A stretch of DNA of 64,000 nt from Hydrolagus colliei (Eukaryota), in NCBI GenBank assembly GCA_035084275.1, contig CM068762.1:6820001-6884000 (forward strand), written 5' to 3'. The position numbers and the translations under genes are program-made. Shown here piece after piece: positions 47,954 through 60,794 of this stretch (the first letter of the stretch is position 1; every line of letters starts with the position of its first letter). Below the pieces are notes generated by a model. The model had not been told where the DNA came from and searched no databases. It worked only from the letters and a program-made list of their open reading frames with translations.

Positions 47954-48219
47954 GTGAGTGCACCTACCTCTGATACTTCCTGTGTCCATCTCCTTCTCTC
48001 TCCACCCCCCACCCCACCCTCTCTCACCCCCTCTCTCTCTCCCTCTCTCTCTCTATATATAGATAACTATAGGCATAGGTCACTTTTTGTTGAGAAAAAA
48101 TGTACAATTTGGTTGAAATCTTTTACTCAGTCGCTCAGATACCTGTAGCACAATATGTATTAGTTTGTTTAACCACCCACCCACCCAATGTGTTTGAAAC
48201 TGGTTCTCGGATGCTGCGC

Positions 48220-48253
<34 letters not shown>

Positions 48254-48604
48254 GATTGATTATTTTGTGGGGTGGCTCAATTTTAACCCATTGGTGAAAT
48301 TGACAGTAACAAGTCAACTCAGAAGAGAGATTGAGAGAGAGAGAGAGAGAGAGACTGTTGCATGTTTGGTTAGTTATTCTTACTGAGGGGAGTTGGGGAG
48401 GAGAGGGGAGTTGGGGGGGGGGGGGGGGGGGGGAAGCTTGACTTGTCACTTCTAACTCTGCAAGTGCCAGACTTCAAGTCGCTTGTGAAACATGTAGCTT
48501 CTCACAGTGGGAAAACAGTGCGTTTGGATGTGTGTGTGTGTGTGCAAATCTATTTATCTCTCTCTCACACACACACACGTTCTCTCTCTCTCTCTCTCTC
48601 TCTC
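48220..48604. repeat. Microsatellite cluster at the start of LGR6 intron 1
   Basis: (TTAG)n about 48220-48252, (GA)n about 48324-48354, poly-G about 48414-48433, and (GT)n/(CT)n/(CA)n about 48528-48604. Confidence 0.9.
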
Positions 48605-50809
48605 ACCCCTTTACCCTCCCTCTCCTTCTCTCCCCCACCCCAAAGTCACAGCCAACATAAAACGGCAGGTGCATACTATTCGGTGTACGTGTGTTAAGCG
48701 TGGAAACAGTACATTGAAACCGAATCAAACGCGAGCCAGGGCTGTGTCTGATCAGGCAGGGCGAGTTTAAGTAAAACACATCAGGTGAATCAGACAAGGG
48801 GGGGGGGAAAAAAAATTAACGTGACTTGTTTTAAAGCAGCCACTCACTCACTCACTTGTCATATCACACTTTGGTGCAATACTGTACTTGTATCTCGACT
48901 CTCAGGGCTGGTTATCACATTCCCTGGATGATGTGTGCAGGTCTGTGTTTTTGACTCGCTCGAGTTAGGTCCGAATAACTGTGCCTTTCTCTTTATATAT
49001 GGATGTACACATATATACAAATAACACTTTAAAACAGAGGACGTCAAAGCCACTCTCTCCATCTCTCAGTCACTCCCTCCTCTCTCCTCTCTCCCTCTTT
49101 CTCTCTCAAAAATGATGTGAAAATGAATTGTGTTTTAACACTTTCCACTCCCTGCCTGCTCAGTGTTTAATTAACCCTTGCTTGGATGGGCTTTGACAGA
49201 AAGGATTGTGAGCAACCCCAAAAACACACACACACACACACACACAAGTGAGATACTGTATACATACATACATACACCATCTCTCTCTCTCTGTCTCTCC
49301 TCTCGTCCTCCCTGCCTTTTACCCTTGTTCAGCATTGAATTGACAAGTTTGCTGTCTTGGAACTCAACTCAACACCACTGTCTGTCTGTCTGTCTGTCTG
49401 TCCTGTGCCCCTCCACCCAAAAACAAATCTAGTTTCCAAAAGTTAATGACTTGATTCCGTCGGTTGCTGGAAAGAGAGAGAGAGAGGAGGGGTGGGGATA
49501 GGAGGGGAAACCATTTCCTCCCTGTGCTTAGAATTTTAAACAGCTGAAACTTTATATGAAAGGCAAACAGGCTGCAACAACACAGAGGCGTGCTCAGAAA
49601 GGGATTGGCAGTCCCCCCCCCCCCCACCCCCAAAAAAAATAAGGCTTTCTGTGTTACCTTTAATGATGCACCTGCTAAAGGGGATGTGAATCCAGCTCTC
49701 TCTCTCTCTCTCTCACACACACACCAGCATTATTTACTGACCCACCAAACTACTCAGGGTTTGCAAGTGGACAGACAGTTCAATCAGCCAGCTCTGTTTG
49801 AGTTCCCGTCTCATTGGGCGCTCCTGTGCTTCAGTTCCCTTTGCAGGGCAGCTTTGCTGTCTGTGATCCACATGTCCAGAGCCACACCATTTCAAGAGGA
49901 ATTGCTGAGCTATTTTTTTTGGGGGGGGGTTTGAGTTTCCATCAACTGTGTCCAAACGAGGCCTGAGAGATCTGGACACGGATGCTCGGCTCGCAGCCAA
50001 TCCCAATAGCCCTTGTACTCGGCGCGTCGGGTGGAAGTCTCAAAGCGCTTCTCAAGAATGACGGGGAAGAAGTCCGGCTCTGTCTACCCTGTAGCCTGGC
50101 TTGCATTTCATTTGAATACGGAGATCCGGTGGATTTACAGCGATCCCGTGCATCGTGAAGAGCTCCTTTTGGCGCTAATTTCAGGTGTCCCATGAATAGC
50201 TGAGGGATTTAATGTGTAGGTTGTCGAGGGGGTAAGCCTTTAAACTATAAACCACACATAATTTGGATTGGACATATAAATGACCGGCCTTTAAAAATAA
50301 TATACAGTCAGTTGACTTAACGGTTATATTTTGTGAAGAGCTTTGAGGCGTCTCGTAAATGTGATAAGGCACTATATCGAATGGAAGGGTTATTATTGTT
50401 ATCTAAGCAAACGTAAGCAAACGGAAGTTCAAACAAGCTCCCTTCATCACGGCATCCAACGCTGACCGGTTCTCAGTGACCACCACATGTAATTTACACA
50501 GCGCCCTACACGCAGGATAATGTCTCGAAGTTCTCTACGGTGGCGGGGGTGCGCTGAGCCAGGGAGAAGAGGGAGGTGATGGGGATGATAGATGATAAGG
50601 CGATGGAGACCTGATTTATTAAATCATTTATTCAGTTGCTTGCGTTAATTATAATCGTATTCAAAATTGCCTTTTATTTTAATCCAAGTAAATAAAACTA
50701 AGGTTACCCAACTCTTCTTCCCCCGCACCTTCCCCGGCTTACACTAACAAATGATTGGAAATACTGTCCACAGCCAGGAATTCCTGCTTGCTGGATGGAG
50801 TATTCAATT

Positions 50810-51030
50810 TAGCCAGGTTTCCTTACTCCACATGCCTGATGATAATCCCTCGAAAAAAAAAAATCATTTGGTCAATGAATCCATGACTGTTTGTGGGACA
50901 CTGCTGTGCGTGATTGGCTGCCACGTTTTGCCCACTGATATACAGTCGATTCACTTGATAGTGTATTCTATGAAGCGTTTTGAGACGTCTCAAAGACGCG
51001 AAAAGCGATATAGCAAATGCAAGGATTATT
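50810..51030 (+). mobile_element. 5'-truncated SINE
   Basis: gtttccttactccacatgcct, family core, and tail aaatgcaaggattatt. Confidence 0.78.
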
Positions 51031-52070
51031 TTTTAAAATTTATTAATGTGGAATAAAGGAATTCCTTCACTCAAAGAAGAGATAGCATTTGAGATTTATT
51101 GCCAAGAGTGGCTATTGATGTAGGATTAATAGTCATTCGAAAAGGAACAGGATAGTAAAACAAAACATTAAGCGATATGAGAGGGGAAATTTGTGATATT
51201 AATTGGAAAAAGATGACGTAAAAACAGAGTTACCAGTGGCACAGACACGATGCAAGGAATGACCTGCTCTGTGCAATGAAATTTGTACATAAAACGGCAG
51301 TTCAAGTGCTTGATTTATGTTCTGATTAAATGTTACGCTACACCTGAGTCGCCTGCTTAATGCAACTAACAAAATATCGTAAAACCTGGACTGGGCAGCC
51401 ACGCCGGAGTTCTATCAGGAAACCATTAAGCTAAAACGAAGGATAAAAAAGAACAATGTTTCAATTAATCACCCAAACGCCACCTACTCTCATTGTTGTG
51501 AGTGACTCTGCGTAACGTATAGTTTAGAATCTCTTTGGTTCAGATCCATGGAGCTTGCTCACAATGCTGCAGGAACTTAGATCTACTACCGTTTTGTGTT
51601 TATACTTGTTTTGTTTTGAAGGAAAAAGTTGCTTTTAAAATTTTTCTTTCAAAAGCAATTGAGCTCCCTGTGATTTATATCATCTATTATTACTGTGATT
51701 TCTTTTCTTTTTGCACGGAAGCGTATAAATCAGTCCAGAGAAGGGTGGAGGGAAACAGAACAAAAAATTGTTTGATTGGTTGCCTGTGAGGATGTATGCC
51801 TGTAATTTACACTTGAAGATTTCCTTTGAAATGACTGGAAATTTGCAGACATCAGTGAAGTTGTATTAGGTACCACACACACACACGCACACAGACACAG
51901 TCTCAATCGACAGCCACAGCTTCAGGCACTATCACATTCTGTCTCACCTGTGTTTTGAAACTGCAACTTCAGAAACAGCATCTAACATCCAGGCTTTTAG
52001 GCTTTTACTCTGAGCTTATTATTCAAAGCTTGGTTCCAGCTCAGAAGCTCCCTGCGTTCTTTGCACACAG

Positions 52071-52210
52071 TGATACTGAAGGCGAGAACAAGGCAGAGAG
52101 AGCTAAGTGATTGTACCAGTGGAAAAACCTCTTGATCTATTGTTAAACCCACTTCTAACTTCTGTTAGAACAAGGTAGCTCTCTCTGCCTTGTTCTCGCC
52201 TTCAGTATCA
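52071..52210. repeat. Perfect 35-bp inverted repeat with a 70-bp spacer
   Basis: 52071-52105 TGATACTGAAGGCGAGAACAAGGCAGAGAGAGCTA is the exact reverse complement of 52176-52210. Confidence 0.95.
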
Positions 52211-53423
52211 ACAACAACATGCATCTTTATAGCGCTCCTTTACACAGGATAAATGTCTTCAGGTTATCTACAATGGTGGGGTTGAGCGCCCAACAAAGGA
52301 GAGAAGGTGCGGAGGTGGGGGTGATAGGCAGTCATGTGGTGGGGACCTGACTTATTACATAATTCATTTAAGTAAATTCAACTAAAATCAACCTTCAAAA
52401 CCCTTACATTTACAAAACGTGCAGTGACTTTCTTGTTATCTCAAATTATTCTTGCAAAGTTTTTCAAAAAAAAAAAAAAATTCCATCCCTTAAATGTGGA
52501 TCAATTAAACTAAGTTGGAAAATCTTCTCAGCCACGGTATCGTGAGAGTTTGGTGGATGCCAGAATAGTTGGCGCAATCGAGTGCACATCTTTGCTCAAC
52601 ATTTGCAAATCGGATTCCTTCTCCCGCCTCCCCACATCCACCCCGCACCTGATGAGATCTATTGATGTATCAGAATTATGTGCAGTCCATCATGAGTTGT
52701 CTCTCAGTGGCACGCTTTTGCGTTCTATTTATAACCCGGGGATGACTCTGAACACTAAAGATACTTCAGATTATGGAAAGTCGTGAAGGAATGTGTGGAA
52801 TTGTCTGCAAATACTAAGAAGATCCAACGAATAGAGTGCGACTTGGCTTGCTATCAGAACCTGTTTTTGTGCAGTCGAGTGGGAGAAAAAAAGAATAACA
52901 GTGGAACGCAGGCCCATAATAAAGCATAGAACAGGCATAGGAAAATAACCTGGTCTGTATATTGTACTGCAAAAGGTGTGCATTTTTCATGCTGTCTACC
53001 TGTTATCTGCTTCAACACTTCACCAGGTGGTAAACATGTGTCAATAGGCTAATAACCTCCAATAAATGGACACCTTTGAGTTCAATTATTGCTTAAGTGT
53101 TGCTTAAGTTGCCAAGTTTGCCTCGCAAAGAAGCTGGTATGGACTCTGCTCTGAAAAACATAAGTTGACCATATGAATTTCCTCATCCTACGGTTACAAG
53201 TACATATTCATCCCTCATGCTGTGGGACTGATGTGATGCCACGGTAGCAAGGACAGGCCTGTGCATTAACTTGGCATCACTACACGGGATTCACACTTGT
53301 TGCTGTGGAATCACCTGTAAGTAAAAACGGCCAGGGCATGGAAACAGACCAATCTGCCCAACAAGTCTGTGCCTGATGTTTTAGTCTCCACACGAGCCTC
53401 CTAATCCCTTTTCCTTCACCCAG

Positions 53424-53545
53424 ATTAAGGGATATGGGGATAAGGCGGGCAGGTGGAGTTAGATTAAAAGATCAGCCATGATCTTATTGAATGATAAGGC
53501 TCGAGGGGCCGAATGGCCTATTCCTGCTCCTTATTCTTATGTTCT
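53424..53545 (+). mobile_element. CR1-type 3' end fragment
   Basis: aagggatatggggataaggcgggcaggtggagtt...atcagccatgatct...ggggccgaatggcctattcctgctcc followed by an attcttatg-type tail. Confidence 0.7.
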
Positions 53546-55139
53546 CTATTCCCTCTTCCTTCATTATCATTAATATTTCCTCATGTGTATGTGTGTATAC
53601 ATACAGTACTCTGACACATTAATGTAGGTAGAATAAGGATTGCTGTTTGCAATGTGTTGAAACAAAATTGTGTGTCTCCATGGCTCTATCCTCCAGCCCG
53701 TTTTTCCACTCACTCTGTCCCACTGAAGGGAGGGGTAACTGGAGTGTGATGCATTTCCTTGGCTGATATTGTGCAAGTCTTTTCAATTGGCTCAGGCAGA
53801 ACACAAAGTGATGTCTGGAGTGGATCGATTCACCACTCAGTTTTCTTACACATGGGTTAGAGGGTGGCTTAGGCCTGTGAGCGGCTCAGCCACACATCTT
53901 GTTCCATTGTCATAAACTGATGAAACTAGATTTTTGTCTTCTTGCCACCAAATCCAAGAGCTGGAATCAAAATCGAACCACTTCCATTCAACTCCTCCAA
54001 CTGATCCATGTAATGCACTAGGTGGCAGTATTCCATAGTTCAGTATTGAGCTCAAGGCAGTCATTCTTTAAGGCAAATTTAACATCATGGTTTCTCCTAT
54101 ACTGATTCTACACAAAACGTCTCTCATTGCCCGGGTTGAGTAATAGCCTTTCATTATTTTATAAGACAATGTATTCCCTTTCATTTTTTTTTACCCAAGC
54201 AAAGAACAGTCAATTAGCCGTGGATATTGGCTCAGGTGCTTTTCATGATAGTAATTTCATTGCCTATTTGACAGCTAACAAGAGGAGAAAGAAAAGCAAG
54301 GGTGGTAAATTGAACTCGAAGAAACTCTGAATTTCACCTTTTTTGTGTGAGTAGCGGGTGGGTTTACGCCCGATATGAATCGAGCGGCGCGGCCGAAGGT
54401 GCCGTGTTTCCACCATTTTCTCCAAGACGGAGACTTTACTGGAACCAAAAATCTTGTGGAGATGCTGCCGTTCACTCTCCTGAGATGCCGGAAAGGTTCT
54501 GACTTTAAAAGTGTCAATTTAATCCCGTTAGGGAGAAACCGACCTTGTGTTGTAATCGTGCTCCCGATGCTCTCCGTGGTGTCACCACTACTGCGGTACA
54601 ATACATCCTACAGGATGGGGTGGGCAAGGACTTATCGCTCTTTTTATGCTGATGACTTTTTGCGGTTTGGTTGAAAGATTGCTGACATCCGACGGGTGCC
54701 AAAACAAGCTTACCTGCTGTGCTATTGCACAACGCGCAAGGAACTAGCATGACAGATCGCAGCGATGGAGCAGGTATTGGCTCAGTTTGCTCCAACATGA
54801 ATCAGAGACGTGCTTTGGAAACTGATTATTTTCAGGTTGGCTGGCTGACTGACAGGAGAGTGCAATGGTGTTTTCCTCAAATGCTCAACGCTTATTTGTA
54901 ACAATGAGTTTTTAGCATGATTAATTATAATCCGATTAGGCAAACATTTCGAACAAACTATTGTGTGTGACATTGAAAATCACTGTATGTCATGAGAGGG
55001 ACCAGCTTTAACGCTCAAATTAAAAAGGATAAATACTTAACAGGGTGCGAAAACATCCCAACTGTTCTGTGTATTTTATCTATCTACTCTATAGTTTCTC
55101 TATATTTCATGCCTCTTTGTTTCTCTTATTCCCTGGTCT

Positions 55140-55450
55140 TCGAAATCAAAATCCTTGTCCTCACTTTCAAGGCCATTCACAGCCTTGCCCCCCGGCCTAT
55201 CTCTTCGACCTGTTATCTCCCTATCAGCCTGCCTGTCCCCTCCGTTCAGCAGGCTCTGGCCTGCTCCACATCGCCGCCTGAACCGCCCAACCATCGGTGG
55301 TCAGGCTTTCAGCCTCTCTGCCCCCACACTCTGGAACTCCACCCCGCAATTCTTTCGCCTCGCTTCCTCCTTTTCCTCCATTAAGGCTGGCCTCAAGACC
55401 TTCCTCTTCGAGCGTGCCTTCTGCTCTATAAATGTAATTTTGTTGTTGTT
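55140..55450 (+). mobile_element. L2 3' fragment, same family as 25925-26514
   Basis: [15 protein letters not shown]...[17 protein letters not shown]; tail aatgtaattttg(ttg)n. Confidence 0.85.
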
Positions 55451-56961
55451 GGTCTCAAGTGGTGTCGGGATGTCCTCCCGAAGTGAAAGGTAATTATTTA
55501 ATTTGAAATGACAAATGTAATTTTGTTGTTGTTAAGTGGCATATTCCTATGCAGTTCTTGACTGATGAAGACTGGCTCCAAGGTAGAACAGAAAGTGAAG
55601 AGCAGAGGAGCGTTTCAGCCCAAAAGGAAATTCAGAGAGCAAAAATAGCTCAAACATGGCAGAGCAACCTGATATAGGACTGAGAGAGTAATGGTGAGGG
55701 TAGCAGTGACTGGAGGGTGTGAGGTTGGGAAAGAGCGAAGCATATCAGGGCACATCACCAAACCTGAACTGTTAAAAGAAATCCCGGGAAAAATACACAC
55801 TTTGATAATCCTTGCATTTGATGCAGCGCTCTATCATGCAGTTGAAACATCTCAAAATACTTCACATGGTATTGATAATATATTGTCAGTGTATTTTGTG
55901 CTTTAACGTGTCAGCCAGTTTGCATACAGTAATAATAATAATCCTTAAATTTGATATAATGCCTTACCACGTCTTTGTGATGTCTGAAAGCAATTCACAG
56001 AATAAACTGCAGAGTAAATTGGCCATGTATTTATTGGGTGAAACGCGGTAGCCAATTGCGCTCAGCAACGTCCCACAAACAGCAGTGTTTTGCGGCATTG
56101 TAAGAGCAATCTGACTTGATATTCCCCTGTTTTCAGCTGCTAAAAAGCATTCCAAAACTTTAAAAAAGGTTAATGTTTAATATAGGCTGAGACCCAGTGT
56201 GAAACCCCATTCTTTCATTTCCTGCTCAGTCCTCTCCTCCTCTACCAGTCCCTGTGATGTGCTTAAGAGTAAAACATACTGCTATAATAAGAGAGGAATT
56301 TGGATGTAAAACCCAAGTGTTGGGGGAAGAGTTAAGATTATGCCTTTTGCTGTGTAGACATTCTGGGGCCGAAATTTCAACCTACACTTAATCTGGAACA
56401 CCAGTTTGCCTTGAAATTTAAAATTTTGCAGAACTGTGGAAAATTCTTCAATTCAGTCTTGAATTTGAAAACCCTTTTTTTTTGCCTTTATTAAAAATAA
56501 ACCACAAGAATCTTCCAAATGAGGGATGAGCTGAAGAATTTTCCTCGCATCTGCGTGATATTCCATTGTTTTTGAACAAAATAGTTTGGTGGTGTAAATC
56601 TAGGTGGAATTTCAGGACATATGGAACAAAAATAAACCCCTTCCCAGTTTAGATTCCCAGTTGATTCTGTGATGAGCATCGTGACGCCCTCCTGCTGTGA
56701 AAGGCGCTATATAATTGTACCATTGTTGTTGTTTCCTTCCCTGCCACTCAAACCTATTCCAGATTAGAAATCTATTCTAAATTAGTTTTTATGCAGCATC
56801 CCTCACATAGGATACCATCTTAGAGATCTGGATAGTGGATGAGTTGGATGCCAAGCAAGGGAAAAGAGGGAAGATGATGTAACTTTGGATTTACTCCTTA
56901 TCTCGTGGAGGAACAGTCTTGTTGGCTGCAATGACTTCATTGCTGATCAGTTCATTGATTG

Positions 56962-57466
56962 ATCAGCCTCCCCAACTACTCCCTCCACAGGTTGCAAATC
57001 GTCCAGAACTCTGCAGCCCATGTCCTCTCCACACTAGGCTCTGTGACCTTATCACCCCACCCCCACCCTTGCCCAACTCCACTGGCTTCCCATCACACAG
57101 AGGATATAGTTCAAGATCCTGGTCCTCACCTTCAAAATCCTGGCCTCACGCCCACCTCTGCGACCTACTAAACCGCCACCAACCTGTCTGTTCTGACTAT
57201 TCAGCGGGGTCCTGCCTGCTTCATGACCCCCTGCGTCGCCTGCCCCACCATTGGCCAGCGGGCCTTCAGATACTCGACCACCACCCTCTGGAACTCCATC
57301 CCAGAGTCCCTCATCCCTTACCTCCTTCAAGACCTACCTCTAGGCCCCCCTCTGTGACCATGCTTTTCATCAACCTCCTTTCTCCTCTGACCTCCACCCA
57401 TCCCAATCCCAACTCCCAGCTCAGGTCTAAAATCCAAATGTAATTTTGCTGCTATTGTTTTGTTGT
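56962..57466 (+). mobile_element. Degenerate L2 3' fragment
   Basis: LHRLQIVQNSAAHVL, then ctccactggcttccc and ttcaagatcctggtcctcaccttc; L2 tail at the end. Confidence 0.8.
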
Positions 57467-58772
57467 TTCAATGTCACAGCGCACCTTAGTAATATTATAT
57501 CTGGAACATTTGCTGAGAATCCATTCATTTTGAAGAAAACGTTAAACTTTGTATTAAGAAAGAGATTACACACAAGTCAAAATAAAACGCGTAGTATCTC
57601 GCCCTGAGAGAGAGCGAAGGAACTTATTTCAATTGGATATTATCTTATTATCTTTGCAAAACTCAGCATCAAGCACCCTGCTTCATTCTAAGGTGTACTA
57701 GCAACAGACCTGGACATGTATTTTTTTTCTTCCACCCCTCCACCACCCCCCATTTGGCAACGCCTGCAGATTAATCTCTTCAATTCAATCTCCTGCAATG
57801 ATACCCTACTAAACTACTTGTGATCAAACGTTTTCAAGGGAATGATTTACAAAGACCAGATCTGGTTTCAAAACAAAAACTTTTTAATGATGGGTTTCCC
57901 TCAGGCGATGATCTGAATCGCTGCTTAGTCTGATCCATTGGGAATTTTACCTGTGAAGTTTCAAAACAATTAGAAATGGTTAAAAACTTGTGATTTTTTT
58001 TCTTACTAAAAGGAAACTGTGTTGGATCAAATGTAATTGTCATTATTTAAAGGCAAAAGTCTGTAGTTGTGCAGTAACTGCATTATACCAATGTATACTC
58101 TGCACATCACCAAATCGTAATCTTTGCTTTATAAAGCAACATGAAAGACGCTCTATAAATGTAATTTTGTTGTTGTGTATGACCATATTCAGCCATTGGT
58201 TTGGCCTCTCAATCTGGCTGCCTTTTTAGGCTTGCTAGTAACTTGGACTCGTTTTGCCTTGGGCGGTGAATTTCATCTAATCTGGGCTCTGTTTCTATGG
58301 AACGTTATGTGGAATTTAAGGATTGCGCTCTTCAGAGATGAGATGGAGATAAGCGGCATTTATTTTTAACTGGATTCCTTCCTAATTAAGTCTGATGTGA
58401 TCCAGTGTCTGTTGGACTTTCCATGGGTTAGCTTGACATGCAGTACTTTCAGTTACCAGACGTTCGCACCCAGATTTTCTTGTTGACAAATCCTGGTAGA
58501 TATTGCTCCAAGTTGGACCCCATTCTTCATCTTTACCCACTCAATTCACGACTGTTTGTGGGATGCTGCTGTGCACATTTAGCTGCTGCTTAACATCTAC
58601 AAAATACAGTCTCATTTCTCATTATATTCTGGGAAGCGTTTTGAGATGTCTCAATTTTGTAATAAAGTGCTATATCAAATGCAAGGATTTTGCAATTTGA
58701 GAGAGATTATATATATATATCATAAATATAATGTAATGAATTAAATATATAAATGCCACTGTTAACTGCTCT

Positions 58773-59030
58773 ATAATAATAATCCTTACATTTGATAGCA
58801 CTTTTCACATCTTCTAGGTGTCTCAAAGTGCTTCACAGAATATAGTGTATTGTGTATAGTTGTGGGCGAAATGCAATAGCCAATTGCGCATGGCAGTGTC
58901 CCACAAACAGGCATGGATTGAAGGGACCAATCTATTACTTTTTTCTTCTTGTGGGATTATTATCAGGCGTGTGGAGTAAAGAAACTTGCCCAAGATCTTG
59001 CCCTGCCGAGAATCGAACCCAGGTCTCTGA
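58773..59030 (-). mobile_element. tRNA-derived SINE, minus strand
   Basis: Reverse complement of the family tail, core and B box (gaatcgaacccagg). Confidence 0.82.
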
Positions 59031-59399
59031 GATGCTACCCTGCATGGAGGGCGCAGTATAAGCACAAGTTGTTACTGTTGTTCATCACGATTGAATGATA
59101 TTTTGCCATAGTTTGTCATGAAGCACTTCGAGGATTACGGAGGATTCCTTGTGAATGAGAGCACTCTGAGAAGGGAGGTACCAAAAGGGGCAAAAGACTG
59201 GAGTAAACTACTTAATGGATTCATCATTGTGGCAGAGGTTTCTGTCTGATGAGGAGTTAAAGGCTCACCCTTCCAGGAACAAGCAAATATGTTTTTCATC
59301 CATTGGTAACATTCAACAAATGAAAGACAATCAAACCTCAATGAAATGATTAACCGTAAAGAACTGTGAGTCCTTCACAGGTTTAAAATGATAATTCTT

Positions 59400-60176
59400 T
59401 AAAGTGTTAGGGGAATTCGATTTGGGGTGGTGGGGTGAATACAGAGAATATATTTCCTCTGCTGGGGGATTCCAGAACATACAGGCATAAGCTTAAAATT
59501 AGAGGTTGGCTGTTTAGGAGTGGAATCAAGAAGCAGTTTTTCCACAGAAAGAGCATTAGAAATCTGGAACTCTCTTCCCTCAAACAATGTGGACACTGGA
59601 TCCGTTCAAAATTTGTCATCTGTAGATTTTTGTTAGGGAAGTGTACCAAGGAACATGGACCAAACATAGGTAAATGATGTTGAGGTGCAGATCTAATAAA
59701 ATGGTGGAACAGCTGAATGGCCTTCTCCTGGTTCTAGGTTTCCAATTAAGAGCTATCAAAAGTGAATCTCATGATCAAGAGATTGTTGCTCCTTGCTCTA
59801 TTTAATATTGTTGTGACTTGTTGAAACAAGTTGATATCTTCACTAGCCCTAGCAACGCAATGCAGAAACCCCATTATATCCATCTGTCACTCACGAGCAA
59901 TGTGATAAATATTTTTTTTAAATCCCTAGATTTAAGATAATTGCCAAAAAGAATCAGAGGGGGTGATGAGGAGATTAAAAAAAAAACAGGTTTGTTACAA
60001 TGTGGATTGGCTGAAAGTGTGGTGGAAGCAGATTTGATAAAGCTTTCAAAAGAGAATTGGATAAGTATTCAAAATAGAAAAATGTGCATGGCTATGGGTG
60101 AGTGGGACTAGTTGGTAGCTCTTTCAAACAGCAGGCCCAATGGTCTCTTTTGGTGCTGTAAGATTCTATGATTCTA
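59400..60176 (+). mobile_element. Two degenerate CR1 3' fragments (about 59400-59735 and 59930-60176)
   Basis: IFPLLGDSRTYRHKLKIRG...KQFFHRKSIRNL resembles the CR1 ORF2 end; the second copy ends in gattctatgattcta. Confidence 0.7.
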
Positions 60177-60440
60177 TTTGTTGCTGATGTACAAATATTT
60201 TTTTCCCCATTACGAAAACCTCTGTGTTTCGCCAACTGTGTAAATTTTCTTTCTGAAAAGCGAAATGCCACCAGAACCATGCGGTTGTCAAGCTCTCAAA
60301 TTCAGCACCTTTGCAGAGTGACAGCACTTGACAAGTTTCCATAGGTAATGAACAGACTATTATAAGTTTTTGGTGTGCGTGGAACTGGGTAATCAGTGAT
60401 GTTGGGGAAGAATGACGCATTGCAGAGAGCTCACAATGTA

Positions 60441-60794
60441 TCCTGTAGCTCTGTGGTTAGAGCACTGGCATCACAAGCGAGCAATACTGGGTTCTATTCC
60501 CGGTAGGGCAAAATTTCCTTGGGCAAATTTCCTTACTCCACACGCCTCTGTTTACCTAGCAGTAAGTAGGACCCCAGTTGTTCGTTGATGGCTTTACCAG
60601 GAATAATAATCCTTTCAAAAAAAATAAATAATTTGGTCACCCAATCCACGACTGTTTGGGAGATATTGCTGTGCGCAATTGGCCGTTGCGTTTCACCCAC
60701 AAATATACAGTCAATTCACTTTACAGTATATTCTGTGAAGCACTTTGAGATACCAAGAAGATGTGAAAAGTGCTATATCAAATGTTATTATTAT
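60441..60794 (+). mobile_element. tRNA-derived SINE, full length
   Basis: tcctgtagctctgtggttagagcact head, ggttctattccc B box, family core and tail. Confidence 0.85.

Noticed and set aside
54375-54674. 99-aa ORF containing YADD
   Set aside because: The motif sits five residues before the stop and no other reverse transcriptase motifs are recognisable; likely chance.
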